Below are positions 28,301 through 35,900 of a stretch of 54,925 bases of DNA, piece after piece. This stretch comes from a virus (Duplodnaviria > Caudoviricetes). The DNA lies in IMG/VR virus record IMGVR_UViG_3300034107_000498, positions 1 through 54,925 of that record; one strand, written 5' to 3'. Within the stretch, counting starts at the first letter, position 1. Every line of letters begins with the position of its first letter. A program made the translations under genes and the position numbers. The notes beneath the pieces were generated by a model, which saw only the letters and a program-made list of their open reading frames with translations, was not told where the DNA came from and did no database searches.

Positions 28301-28563
28301 TACACTACGCCACCGTGCGCAACGCCATCGCCAATTTTATAATTACCGCTTGTGCTAAAGACACCAGTAAAGTTAAAACCCTCTACCATCAAAGCCCAGT
28401 ACGCAGTGTCTGTTGGCAATACGCCAGCTGTTTTTAATGCAAATGTATAAACGTATACATTTCCACCATACTTAACAATATCGTTAGATTCGTAAGTAGT
28501 GGCGTTGCTCCACTGTCCAGCAAAGTGGAAGCGTAATTTTCCTAGATCAATTAGTTGACTCAT
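22378..28563 (-). CDS. 2061-aa modular virion fibre/adhesin with CBM5/12-like repeats, GSGYT repeats and a pectin-lyase-like region
   Basis: About 9 repeats of W...T.Y..ND.V.YGG..Y....W; HAATKAYAD; about 10 (N/T)PGSGYT-like repeats; VYYVA..G...PFATIKYA..IFVKTGTY. Confidence 0.8.
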   Translation of the reverse strand: MSQLIDLGKLRFHFAGQWSNATTYESNDIVKYGGNVYVYTFALKTAGVLPTDTAYWALMVEGFNFTGVFSTSGNYKIGDGVAHGGVVYVAVKDSVNITPPNATYWSRFLDGIQYEGTYSASTSYQKNDVVKYGGSIFVAKQDGTNNLPTNTTYWDKFVEGVSPSGIYNEATAYKPNDLVAYGANIYRAKVETTNNAPSNTGFWELYVGGIKFNGNFNAVTEYYVNDIVVYGNNIYRSKLTQSNTLPTVAANWELLTAGNSYKGNYVNATGYFQGDIVSYGGNVYIALEVTTGNLPTDATKWQVYSSGFSYQGVWSSATSYKINEVIGYGGSLYRAKSDNQNVNPTVTATWDKIVAGFKVSGPWSTTTQYATDEVVTYGGNTYISILPHASTVFATDLAANRWQKFNSGIRWMGPWASTTQYYKDDVVKAGASSFIANVDSLGGSNPAGGTNTDWSSFATGAEGFLSKDGDAMLGMLTLFAAPTDPLHAATKAYADLFLNRTSGGTVTGPIVASGVTATYTAQNGATININGGSLNLTNGTTLTTDGTSTLGNTRVSGTLDVDGDLNVDGGDLTVSGTTFNLANTTVTTVNLAGAATAVNIGATTGNTTVKNNLVVDGDVQVKGGDITTNLTTFNLLNTTATTVNIAGAATDIQIGSATGTTNINNNAVIDGVLDVLSGSTVTNTTDDPTGFDNQHPDTRGNIEFSDNGTRVYSIDKNGAITVREDSKFATGTPYETAAIAKTLAIYPVSGQTKFIYWISGVRYEKTTLITSTLSSIDGYRYFYFSGASLTNGTTRTDEDLGNKAQVAAVRGTSRNNRAISVEDQRHGISIDGASLVYIKRAEGIKLVSGYGVNSGTVGSGTYVSTKAGELRDADLTITSPVKTSNKFLVRDATDWKLADNNDNSLTYKLGVLSSVTVTSQGSGYSGLSTSLSVQGDGQGATVTPILAGAALQSIALNNGGFNYANDSTVTLVGDGTGGTASIVVPPGKNLQSIELTNPGSRYTTAPTATVVGGGGTGGTLAVTLNLGTPIAAVHMDSLGSGYTTAQATIGGDGTGAQATVTIVAGAITDINLVTPGSGYTFATVTITGDGTGAAATVHTRKSVIESYAITAVGSGYTSIPTVTINGDGHEATAIAQITAGGVTDIVITNPGHGYTFATMTITGGGGTGATANPILSGYPIGAITVTNRGKNYTTTPTVSIVGNQYSVAGTATLTRSAGNTIESITLVNAGTNYTFATVTVNSTTPGTEAAFTVSATPSGILGVTVTNGGRHYSYANIIATDTGGATGFAATTTLTPVPQYNGYVNVGTGYDLNNIPAGKFTNTYFAAVSSVDKVIKIPSAYLFNTVREAFQYAKKELEEIKTYGMPYQNYKFLGVSVVNNSGQLQTIPGTNLGDVLYYDLLNNDYNSAPLNAGDNKVGRSLTVAASGNAAAWLGATESSNVYYVAPHGVDQITSGSNMATPFATIKYACQRAEEGSTIFVKTGTYNEQLPITVPPNVAIVGDNQRTVNVHAKTGLSDDGVTPNSQSTMFRLSNGSILNKMTFKGMTGWVPGSTPSDITTSTVKGVVVAFNPASPITTKSPYVLECSFIGSGAIGALIDGTVHTTGAKTMIFHGYTIISDNGVGYWVKDEGKSEIVSCFTYYCYFGYIGTGGGFIRALNGNNSYGTWGAVAQGFGTSETAVTGTMVGQQLNFVYQGGTINEGDTFTTSNGATGTVTNIQYSANKLYVRNTSGTFALGHTLEFQNGGVGTVSAGALENQKGFVLVLTGLTAAPKPGQSIQIAGDTYSYVIQSIAGTYVNSSSIVAVILAQEKPSGSASGTAVTLRSKYSQIRLTGHDFLSIGTGGTLTTNYPNEPLQASAQGNETNEVFPGRVFYVSTDQDGNFRVGEYFRIDQATGRATLNANAFDLSGLTSLKLGSIGAQLGETINEFSSDGTMAGNSNTAVPTEYAVRTYVEKTVADADIFNIFTPLANTNTVVDTDKVHVISTDSVITQNYSVDGILTVLDVPGGTPIQKLNNSVVVDTILTGNFISTRQQYSIPDWATVTVDSTSIVNIIDIPRTYLF

Positions 28564-28564
28564 A

Positions 28565-28795
28565 TTATATTAGCCTCATAAGTAAGTGTCCTTTGTTACC
28601 CCATTCAAACTGAATAGTATCTTTTGACCAAACCCACTGTTTGTAATCATACTTATCAATCACGCCTTCTTCAGGCATTGAGACTGGAGTGTCCCCGTCT
28701 AAAACTTCTACATTCAAATTGCCTGTGTCAGGGTCTAGACGAAACCCGTAGAACACCTTATCGGCTAAATCTGTGCCATCATAAAATCCACCCAT
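28565..28795 (-). CDS. small acidic virion-associated hypothetical protein
   Basis: 76-aa ORF tightly packed in the fibre island. Confidence 0.65.
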   Translation of the reverse strand: MGGFYDGTDLADKVFYGFRLDPDTGNLNVEVLDGDTPVSMPEEGVIDKYDYKQWVWSKDTIQFEWGNKGHLLMRLI

Positions 28796-29115
28796 TATGA
28801 GACTCCTTGTAATATCGAGAAGACTGCATCAATGCTAGAATCTACCTTAGCAGAGATAACTAATTTATCTCCTGTGGCAAGAACTAACTTATTACCTTTT
28901 GATAATTCGTACGGATCGCCTGCATCTATTCTTTTGTCTTTGTGGATGTAGGTGTCTTCCGATCCCCTACGAATTTTTAATGTAAAAGGTATAGTAGTAC
29001 TCTTTAAGTTTGAAATACTACCACCAATTATAATACATTTTTCTGGTGCTGTAAAACTAATTACTTCGGTAGTTCCGACGGCACGTGATATTGCGTTTAC
29101 AAATACTGTTGCCAT
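28795..29115 (-). CDS. small beta-rich virion-associated protein
   Basis: KLVLATGDKL motif; tightly packed in the fibre island. Confidence 0.65.
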   Translation of the reverse strand: MATVFVNAISRAVGTTEVISFTAPEKCIIIGGSISNLKSTTIPFTLKIRRGSEDTYIHKDKRIDAGDPYELSKGNKLVLATGDKLVISAKVDSSIDAVFSILQGVS

Positions 29116-29118
29116 ATG

Positions 29119-29349
29119 TTACCCCAATGCAATTGCCATAATAATAGCTTTTTCTGTTGCAATTGACTGAATCAATGCATCACTAGCCCCACCGCCAGAG
29201 CCTAAAGCTCCAATGGTTCCGTCCGCCTTTTTATAGTACATAGTGCCGTCGTAGTCGTTTATAGCTACTTCGCCAAACTGTAAATTTTCGGGTAAGGGAA
29301 TTTTGCCAGGGACTGAGCTTCGTTTAAATTTAATTACTGCGTCTGTCAT
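29119..29349 (-). CDS. small fibre-associated protein
   Basis: N-terminal KFKRSS..GK.P....GEVAIN..DG; C-terminal AIIMAIALG; GGGAG RBS. Confidence 0.65.
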   Translation of the reverse strand: MTDAVIKFKRSSVPGKIPLPENLQFGEVAINDYDGTMYYKKADGTIGALGSGGGASDALIQSIATEKAIIMAIALG

Positions 29350-29367
29350 GCTAGCTCCCTTTTAAAA

Positions 29368-30699
29368 TTAATAGCTTCCGCCATCAACTTGCACAAGTTC
29401 TACTAATCCATCAGTAACTGTAAACTGTGTAGTAAGAAACTTAGACAAACCTTTGATTAGTGTAGTAGCTGTTGGAATAACTGTTTGTGAAACTGCGGTT
29501 ACTAAACCTTTAGCATTTATTGTTAGCGTAGGAACAGTAACGGAATCACCAAAAGTACCAACATTAGTATTAACAGTTGCTAGTGTAAGAGCTGCTGAAA
29601 CTGCTGCACTTCCATCAACGCTTGTTAATGTAGCTGTTGCATCACCTGTTAAGCTCAAGTCGCGAGCTGTTTTCCATTTGGTAGTTGTTGAAGAATTACC
29701 AACTAATTCAGCGTAAACATTTGTTACTGTTAAGTCTTTGTTTAAAACCCAGTGATCATCACCGCTGTTATATAAAATAGTTGCTGGAACTGTAGGTCCC
29801 CGAACTGTGATACCACCACCATCTGCCATTGCAGCTGAAGTAGCATCTTTTGCTAATTCAATGTTCTTATCACCAATCGCAACAGTAGTTGAGTTAACTG
29901 TAGTAACAGTACCAAGTACTGTTAAGTTACCTGTAATCGAAGCATTACCGTCAATATTAATACTAGTAGCAGTAATATCATTAGAGTATAGTACTCCGTT
30001 GACTGTTACATCATTAAACGTAACATTTGAAGTAAGCCCAAGTGCTTGTGGTAAACTAATTGTAACTGTGTTGTCAGTAACAGCAGTTAGAACACCCGTT
30101 CCACCAGTAATTGTAAGAGTATCTGTTAATAAGCTAACTGTATCTGTACCACTGTTACCAGCAATTGAAAGATTAGTTGCAACACTTACAGTACCTGCAG
30201 CAGTTAATCTGCCTTTTGTATCTACTGTAAAAGTAGGAATATCTGTTGCTGAACCATAACTACCAGCAGTTACTGCAGTATTTGCTAGTGTTAGAGCTGC
30301 AGATACATTTGCGGAACCATCAATTGCTGATAGTGTAGCAGTTGCATCGCCTGTTAGTGATAAATTACGAGCATTTAACCATTTGGTAGTAGTATCTGCA
30401 TTACCAATTAAATCTGCAGTAACGCGACGTGCTGTAAAATCACCGTTTGAATCGCGTTTTACTAATGTACCTATTGTGTTTAGATTGGTAGCTGCATCAA
30501 CCATGTCGGTATAGCGCTTACCACCAATAATAATGTGATTTACTGCATTTCCTGCAGTTTCAAGTCCTAGACCAATATAAAGTCGGTCACCACCATTTGA
30601 TCCATTATCGGTTAAGCCAGAGTAGGCTAATTCACCTGCGCCTAGTACCCCAGGATTACCTGACGTTTCACTGCGCTTAATTCTTAAAATAGAAGCCAT
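29368..30699 (-). CDS. fibre protein with internal duplication
   Basis: IKRS....P..L..GELAYS N-terminus; two copies of TTKW..AR.LSLTGDATATL...DGSA.VSAALTLA; C-terminal DGGSY. Confidence 0.75.
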   Translation of the reverse strand: MASILRIKRSETSGNPGVLGAGELAYSGLTDNGSNGGDRLYIGLGLETAGNAVNHIIIGGKRYTDMVDAATNLNTIGTLVKRDSNGDFTARRVTADLIGNADTTTKWLNARNLSLTGDATATLSAIDGSANVSAALTLANTAVTAGSYGSATDIPTFTVDTKGRLTAAGTVSVATNLSIAGNSGTDTVSLLTDTLTITGGTGVLTAVTDNTVTISLPQALGLTSNVTFNDVTVNGVLYSNDITATSINIDGNASITGNLTVLGTVTTVNSTTVAIGDKNIELAKDATSAAMADGGGITVRGPTVPATILYNSGDDHWVLNKDLTVTNVYAELVGNSSTTTKWKTARDLSLTGDATATLTSVDGSAAVSAALTLATVNTNVGTFGDSVTVPTLTINAKGLVTAVSQTVIPTATTLIKGLSKFLTTQFTVTDGLVELVQVDGGSY

Positions 30700-30710
30700 A
30701 GCTTAATCCT

Positions 30711-30980
30711 TTAAAATTGACCAGCTTCAAAAATTTGCTTGTCTAGCAAATTAGTAGCTTTCCACATATTTGTTGCTGTGTTATAAATTAACACTCCACC
30801 GTCTTGTAGTTGACTAAGGTCTACATCTCCTGAAGCTGCTATTGAGTTAACGGCAGGCGGAGGCATCATACCACTAGTAATAATTCTAGCAGGCTTATCG
30901 TCTGTGACAACACGATTTACTAGTTGTTCTTGAACTACACTAGTATTGTTACTTTGTGTTACAATTACTTCAGTTGTCAT
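30711..30980 (-). CDS. small fibre-associated protein
   Basis: DVD....DG.VLIYN.....W motif; GAGG RBS. Confidence 0.6.
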   Translation of the reverse strand: MTTEVIVTQSNNTSVVQEQLVNRVVTDDKPARIITSGMMPPPAVNSIAASGDVDLSQLQDGGVLIYNTATNMWKATNLLDKQIFEAGQF

Positions 30981-31573
30981 CGTGTAACCTCTTGAACTAA
31001 GGTAAGATTTCCATAAATAAACGGAATTACATTGAAACCATTATATAGTTCTAAACTGTAAACTGCTGTTGAAAAAGTAAAAGCTTGTGTTATATTTGCT
31101 AATAACGTAATCTGTATTGTTTTGTTTACATTGTCCAAAACAATTTGTAAATTCTGCGTTGTTGCTTCGTGAATAACTGTAGGACTATCTATTGCTTCAC
31201 GAATTTGCATACGTGCAGCATAACCTGTTAATGGAACTGGTTGATTAAACTCTACTACACCACCGCTTGTATATGCGGTATATGCCAAACTATTTACTTG
31301 ATTTATTTCTACAGTAGTAGTAGTGGGTGTAAGAGTAGATAAGTAATAGGCATCGTCGCCTACGGAATTAATTTCTTTCATACCTGCCGCACCAACTACA
31401 CGAAATCTCCAGCCTACTGGCAGATTGTGAGGTGTGGTAGTAGTAACTACGCAAGGGGCTGCTTTTGCAATAGACGAAATTGGTACATAAACTTTTGTTT
31501 CTGATTCCCAACGAAATGTCTCTTGAAAAGTGCTGCCTTGATAGATTTTATAGTTAATTTTTGCTGGTTGCAT
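30977..31573 (-). CDS. fibre-anchoring/adaptor-like virion protein
   Basis: IYQGSTF, LTGYAARMQIR, AVYSLEL, C-terminal EVTR; internal ISSI.KA.P.VVTT..PH.L..G insert. Confidence 0.6.
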   Translation of the reverse strand: MQPAKINYKIYQGSTFQETFRWESETKVYVPISSIAKAAPCVVTTTTPHNLPVGWRFRVVGAAGMKEINSVGDDAYYLSTLTPTTTTVEINQVNSLAYTAYTSGGVVEFNQPVPLTGYAARMQIREAIDSPTVIHEATTQNLQIVLDNVNKTIQITLLANITQAFTFSTAVYSLELYNGFNVIPFIYGNLTLVQEVTR

Positions 31574-31929
31574 TAGCCCACCTTAACCTTTTTAGCTGCT
31601 GCTATAGTAGCCGATATTCGGAACTTATTAACTTCTTCGGTTAGTGCAACAACTTCTGTTTGTAGTTGCTGATTCTCAATGCACAACTGTGCTAGTTGAG
31701 TATTAAGTAAAATCATTTCTTGTTGTAAGCGATTTAACTCAGTTGCAAGTAAGCCATTCTGTTGGCTCATACGCTCTAGTTCTGTGTGCATTAAAGTAAT
31801 CACACTAGTTTCCGCATGGGTACTTTTCCAGTCTTTTAGCAGTTTCTGTATTCCAACTGAGAAAGCAACAACTGCTAACGCAACTAGTGAAACTGTCTGA
31901 ATGAGGCTGTGGTTATCTATCTCTACCAT
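31573..31929 (-). CDS. N-terminal TM + coiled-coil protein (holin/antiholin-like candidate)
   Basis: TVSLVALAVVAFSVGI followed by heptad repeats; GGGAG RBS. Confidence 0.6.
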   Translation of the reverse strand: MVEIDNHSLIQTVSLVALAVVAFSVGIQKLLKDWKSTHAETSVITLMHTELERMSQQNGLLATELNRLQQEMILLNTQLAQLCIENQQLQTEVVALTEEVNKFRISATIAAAKKVKVG

Positions 31930-32052
31930 AATCAGATCTCCTTATTAGCAGTGGTTGTATATTTAATTATAATCCAAACGGCAAGTTTGCCCTTTACATC
32001 TAGTTAAAAGCTTGTCAAGAAAAAATATTGAAACGTTCTGACATTTTGGTAT

Positions 32053-32081
32053 ATTATACCACAAGGGCGCATAGTTGTCAA
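32053..32081 (-). promoter_or_regulatory. consensus sigma70 promoter for the fibre-bilin-lysis unit
   Basis: Minus strand TTGACA-17 bp-TATAAT with extended TG. Confidence 0.88.
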
Positions 32082-32084
32082 TGC

Positions 32085-32122
32085 AAAAAAATACCCTGCC
32101 CATATAATGGACAGGGTATTTT
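32085..32122 (-). terminator. Rho-independent terminator
   Basis: Minus strand AAAATACCCTG-(stem/loop)-CAGGGTATTTTTTT. Confidence 0.85.
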
Positions 32123-32134
32123 GGTTACGACAGT

Positions 32135-32956
32135 TTAGGCACTATACCTAAATGTAGTATTAATAGCCCCAGAAGGCGTAAGCGGATAAGGCACACTACT
32201 AGGAGTAGCTCTTAATGTAATATTTACATAAGGGCCGCTTCCGTTTGTAACTCCAGAAAACGCACTAGGATTACTTGAAGTTGATCCTACTCCAATAGTC
32301 GCACTTGGTACTGAGAAAGCTACACCGTTTTCTACAACTACACCAGTAAAGGTATAGGTAGTCGACACAGTTGCGGGTCTATTAAGTGTTACCAGTACAA
32401 AGACGCTAATTGGTCCTGCTGCTCCACTGTTACTATATCCAATACTCCATGTAGCTGAAGAAGGTGGAACTGGTGCCACATAACCACAACTTGGACTATT
32501 AGAAGTATCTTCATTATAACTACCGCCGCTACCATTAGCTCTTGTAACTCGATAAGTATATGGTGCACTACCATAAGAAACGCAACCTTGGCTTAGAATA
32601 GTTCCAGCTGCTGGATAAGCTACATAACCACAACTTGTACTATTATTAGTATCTTCATTATAACTACCACCACTACCATCAGCTCTAGTAACTCGATAAG
32701 TATAAGGCGCTGTACCATAAGAAACGCAACCTTGACTTAGGATAGTTCCAGCTGTTGGATACGTAATTCCTTGAGTTGCACCTCTAAAAGTACTTAAACT
32801 AATTGCTCCAGAAGCAGCAATTGTACCATTAGGCATAGTAGTATTAGTTTTAACATAAGTACCGCCTCGGTAATATTCACTGAGATTGATGGGATTACTC
32901 CCACCAAACTCTGTTTGAATAGCCGAGAAAGAAAGGTTAGTTGTTGGTAGAGTCAT
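32135..32956 (-). CDS. fibre tip adhesin-like protein with 48-aa duplication
   Basis: N-terminus LSFSAIQTEFGGSNPINLSEYYRGG; two copies of YP.AGTILSQGCVSYG.APYTYRVTRA.GSGGSYNEDT.NS.SCGYVA. Confidence 0.7.
   Translation of the reverse strand: MTLPTTNLSFSAIQTEFGGSNPINLSEYYRGGTYVKTNTTMPNGTIAASGAISLSTFRGATQGITYPTAGTILSQGCVSYGTAPYTYRVTRADGSGGSYNEDTNNSTSCGYVAYPAAGTILSQGCVSYGSAPYTYRVTRANGSGGSYNEDTSNSPSCGYVAPVPPSSATWSIGYSNSGAAGPISVFVLVTLNRPATVSTTYTFTGVVVENGVAFSVPSATIGVGSTSSNPSAFSGVTNGSGPYVNITLRATPSSVPYPLTPSGAINTTFRYSA
32478..32761. repeat. tandem duplication with a 144-bp unit
   Basis: 32478-32617 resembles 32622-32761. Confidence 0.9.
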
Positions 32957-35900
32957 ACTTATCCTCTAAGGTTTTAAGTCGTGTATTTAGCTCACGATTC
33001 TGTTCCCATAGTATAGCAATAATATTTAAGTATTTTAATGATAATATGCCAGTATCACCTTCACTAACAATATCTGGATAATGTTTTTGGAACTCTTGAG
33101 CAATAAAGCCCATTCCCTTATCGCCAGTATCTGTACGAGTATAAGTTACACCATATATATCTTCCGAACCTTTAAAAGCACTGCTAATTGGTTTAATATT
33201 AGTTTTTAGCTTTTTATCAGAATATGCTGTAATCTCTCCACTTGCAGTAATTGAACCAGTAACAGTAAGTGATCCTGTTGACATAGCGGAACTTGTTGAA
33301 GCACCTCTACTTGTTACAGTTGCTAAAGTATCTGCTTCTGTAAATGTTGGAGTAGCCCATTGCCCGTCTCCACGTAAGAAAGTTGTACTATTAGCAGTTC
33401 CACCAACATCCCCTAATCCAGCTCTAGTCTCGGCCATAGTAGCCCAAGTTCTAGCACCATTAAACGTAGCTAAAATTCTACTTCCTGTTGCTCCTACATT
33501 ACTTGCTAAAGCTGTATTATTGAGTTCTGAGAATGTAGTTAAACTACTTACATAAGCTAAAGCACCTAAGCCTAAAGTACTTTGTAGGGCTGCAGCTGTT
33601 GGTGCAGCTAAGGTTAAGTTTCCTGTTGTTGTAACACTGCCACTTAAACTAAATCCTAATCCGCTCCCTGTACCGCCGACACTAGTTACTGCAGTAGTAA
33701 TGTAACCTGCTCCATTTGTTAACTGATTATTGTTGGTTACATTAGTTGCCCCCGCAGCAATACCGTCTAGCTTAGTAGCATAAGTACCAGTCATGTAGCC
33801 ATTTACACCTGAACTAGCAGCTGCCATACTAATAACACCGCTAACATAACTTAATGGTGCAGTTGCGCTAATACTACCTAAAGTAATAAAGCTTGCTCCA
33901 TTTGTTAACTGATTAGTGTTAGTTACGTTAGTTGCACCAGCAGCAATGCCGTCTAGCTTAGTAGCATAAGTACCAGTCATGTAACCGTTTACGCCAGAAC
34001 TAGCAGCTGCCATACTAATTGTTACAGCTCCTGTTGAAGCTGAAGCGCTAATAGGTGCAGTACCTGCTATTGAAGTAACTACTAATCCTACTGGTGAGGC
34101 CCAAGTACCATCATTACGTAAAAAGGTAGCTGTTGAACCTGCTGGAGCATCAATACCTGCAGTACCCCAATAAAACTTACCCCAGCTAGCTAAGCTAGTT
34201 CCTAGGTTCATTTTAGTACCGCTAGTAGCATTACCACTAAAGCTAGGCGCTGAATCAAAATTAGTAGTAACTAATACTCCGGCAGTATACGCACCTGTAC
34301 TGTTATTAAAACCACTGGCAATACCTACGGCACTACCTTTACTAGTCATACCAGGAGCAGTTATTCCTGGAAGATTATAGCTTAAACGTAAATCAGTTGC
34401 ACCACTTTGATTAAGATATAAACCGTTGTCGCTATAAGTTAAGTAAGTAGTACCGCTAACAGTGCTGCCTGTAGCAGAGTAATAAGTTAATTCGTTAGTA
34501 TTACCAGCATTTACATTACCAGTGTTAACAGTAGCACCAGCAGCAATACCGTTTAATTTACTAACATAAGTACTGGTCATGTAACCATCTACACTAGATG
34601 TGGCGGCTGCCATGCTAATTGTTACTGCTCCAGATGTAGTAGATGCACTAACTGGAGCTGTTCCTGTAACAGAAACTAAGCCTCCTGCTGGAGCTATCCA
34701 AGTACCATCGTTTCTTAAGAATTTAGTAGTATCTCCACTAGGGGCAGCGATACCTGTAGTAACCGTACCCCAATAGAATTTGTCCCAAGTAGCAATACTA
34801 GTACCTAAATTCATTTTAGTACCGCCAGTAGCGTTACCACTAAAGCTAGGTGCTGAATCATAGCTATTGGTAACTAATACTCCGGCAGTATACGCACCTG
34901 TACTGTTATTAAAACCACTAGCAATACCTACAGCACTACCTTTACTAGTCATACCAGGAGCAGTTATTCCTGGAAGATTATAGCTTAAACGTAAATCAGT
35001 TACGCCACTTTGATTAAGATATAAACCGTTGTCGCTATAAGTTAAATACTCAGCACCGCTTAAATTAGCTTTAGTTCCTGCAATAGAGTAAAAGGGTATC
35101 TTGTACTGTGCAGCAGCTTCAATATACTTGTTACCAGTAAGATCTTTAAGGTCTGGAACACGTAAAGCAGTTTCAAACTGATTTTCATCTCCAGTAACAT
35201 AAGCGTCTACAACACTATCGAAACTACAGCCTAATAATTGTACTTTAGTGTTATAGTTTGAAATAGTCATACGACTAGAGCTAGGACTATATCCACCTAA
35301 ACCTTTGAATCCGCAGCCACTGATAACATTGTTGTAACTATCTGCAGGAGTTGAAGCGTAAAGTAAAACACTGTATGTTGGGTAAGCACTACCTACTCGT
35401 ACAAAACTGCAACCATTAATATTATTTGTTACACCTGGCTTTGCAGAATTACTCTCAATCCACAAGTCAGCAATTCCCGAATTAACTTCAAAATAAACGC
35501 CATCAAGTGAAATACCAACAGCACTTTCTATTGCAGTAGATCCACTTGGTTCGCTTATCTTTAAACCCCAGTTTGAAGTACTACCTGGTGTAGTACCATT
35601 GCCTTCAATAGCCCCGCCCTGCATAGTAAATACACCCGGGCCAAGTACCCATCCACCAAATAAGGAATTAGCCCCTATTTCACAATTTAACATTGTAATA
35701 GCGTTTGGACTACTTGCGTAACTTCCACCAGTTATGCGTTCAATTAAAAAGCCGCGCTGATTAAAGCGAAAAGCACAAGCACTAAACGTAGAACTTAAAA
35801 AGTTAGCTCCATAAAACCCGTAAGCCCAGCCTGTAAAGTGACATGCCTCTACATATACATAAGCCCCATTAGTTATACTTAAACCTTGTCCTGACTGCGA

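Noticed and set aside
31970-32000. AGGGCAAAC (minus strand) as a c-di-GMP-I riboswitch
   Set aside because: Lacks the following GAAA tetraloop stem, the GACGCAAAG segment and the P2 stem
34209-35045. Near-identical repeat pair in the tail fibre as a diversity-generating retroelement TR/VR
   Set aside because: Both copies are in-frame parts of one gene, the mismatches are not adenine-specific, and there is no reverse transcriptase in the window
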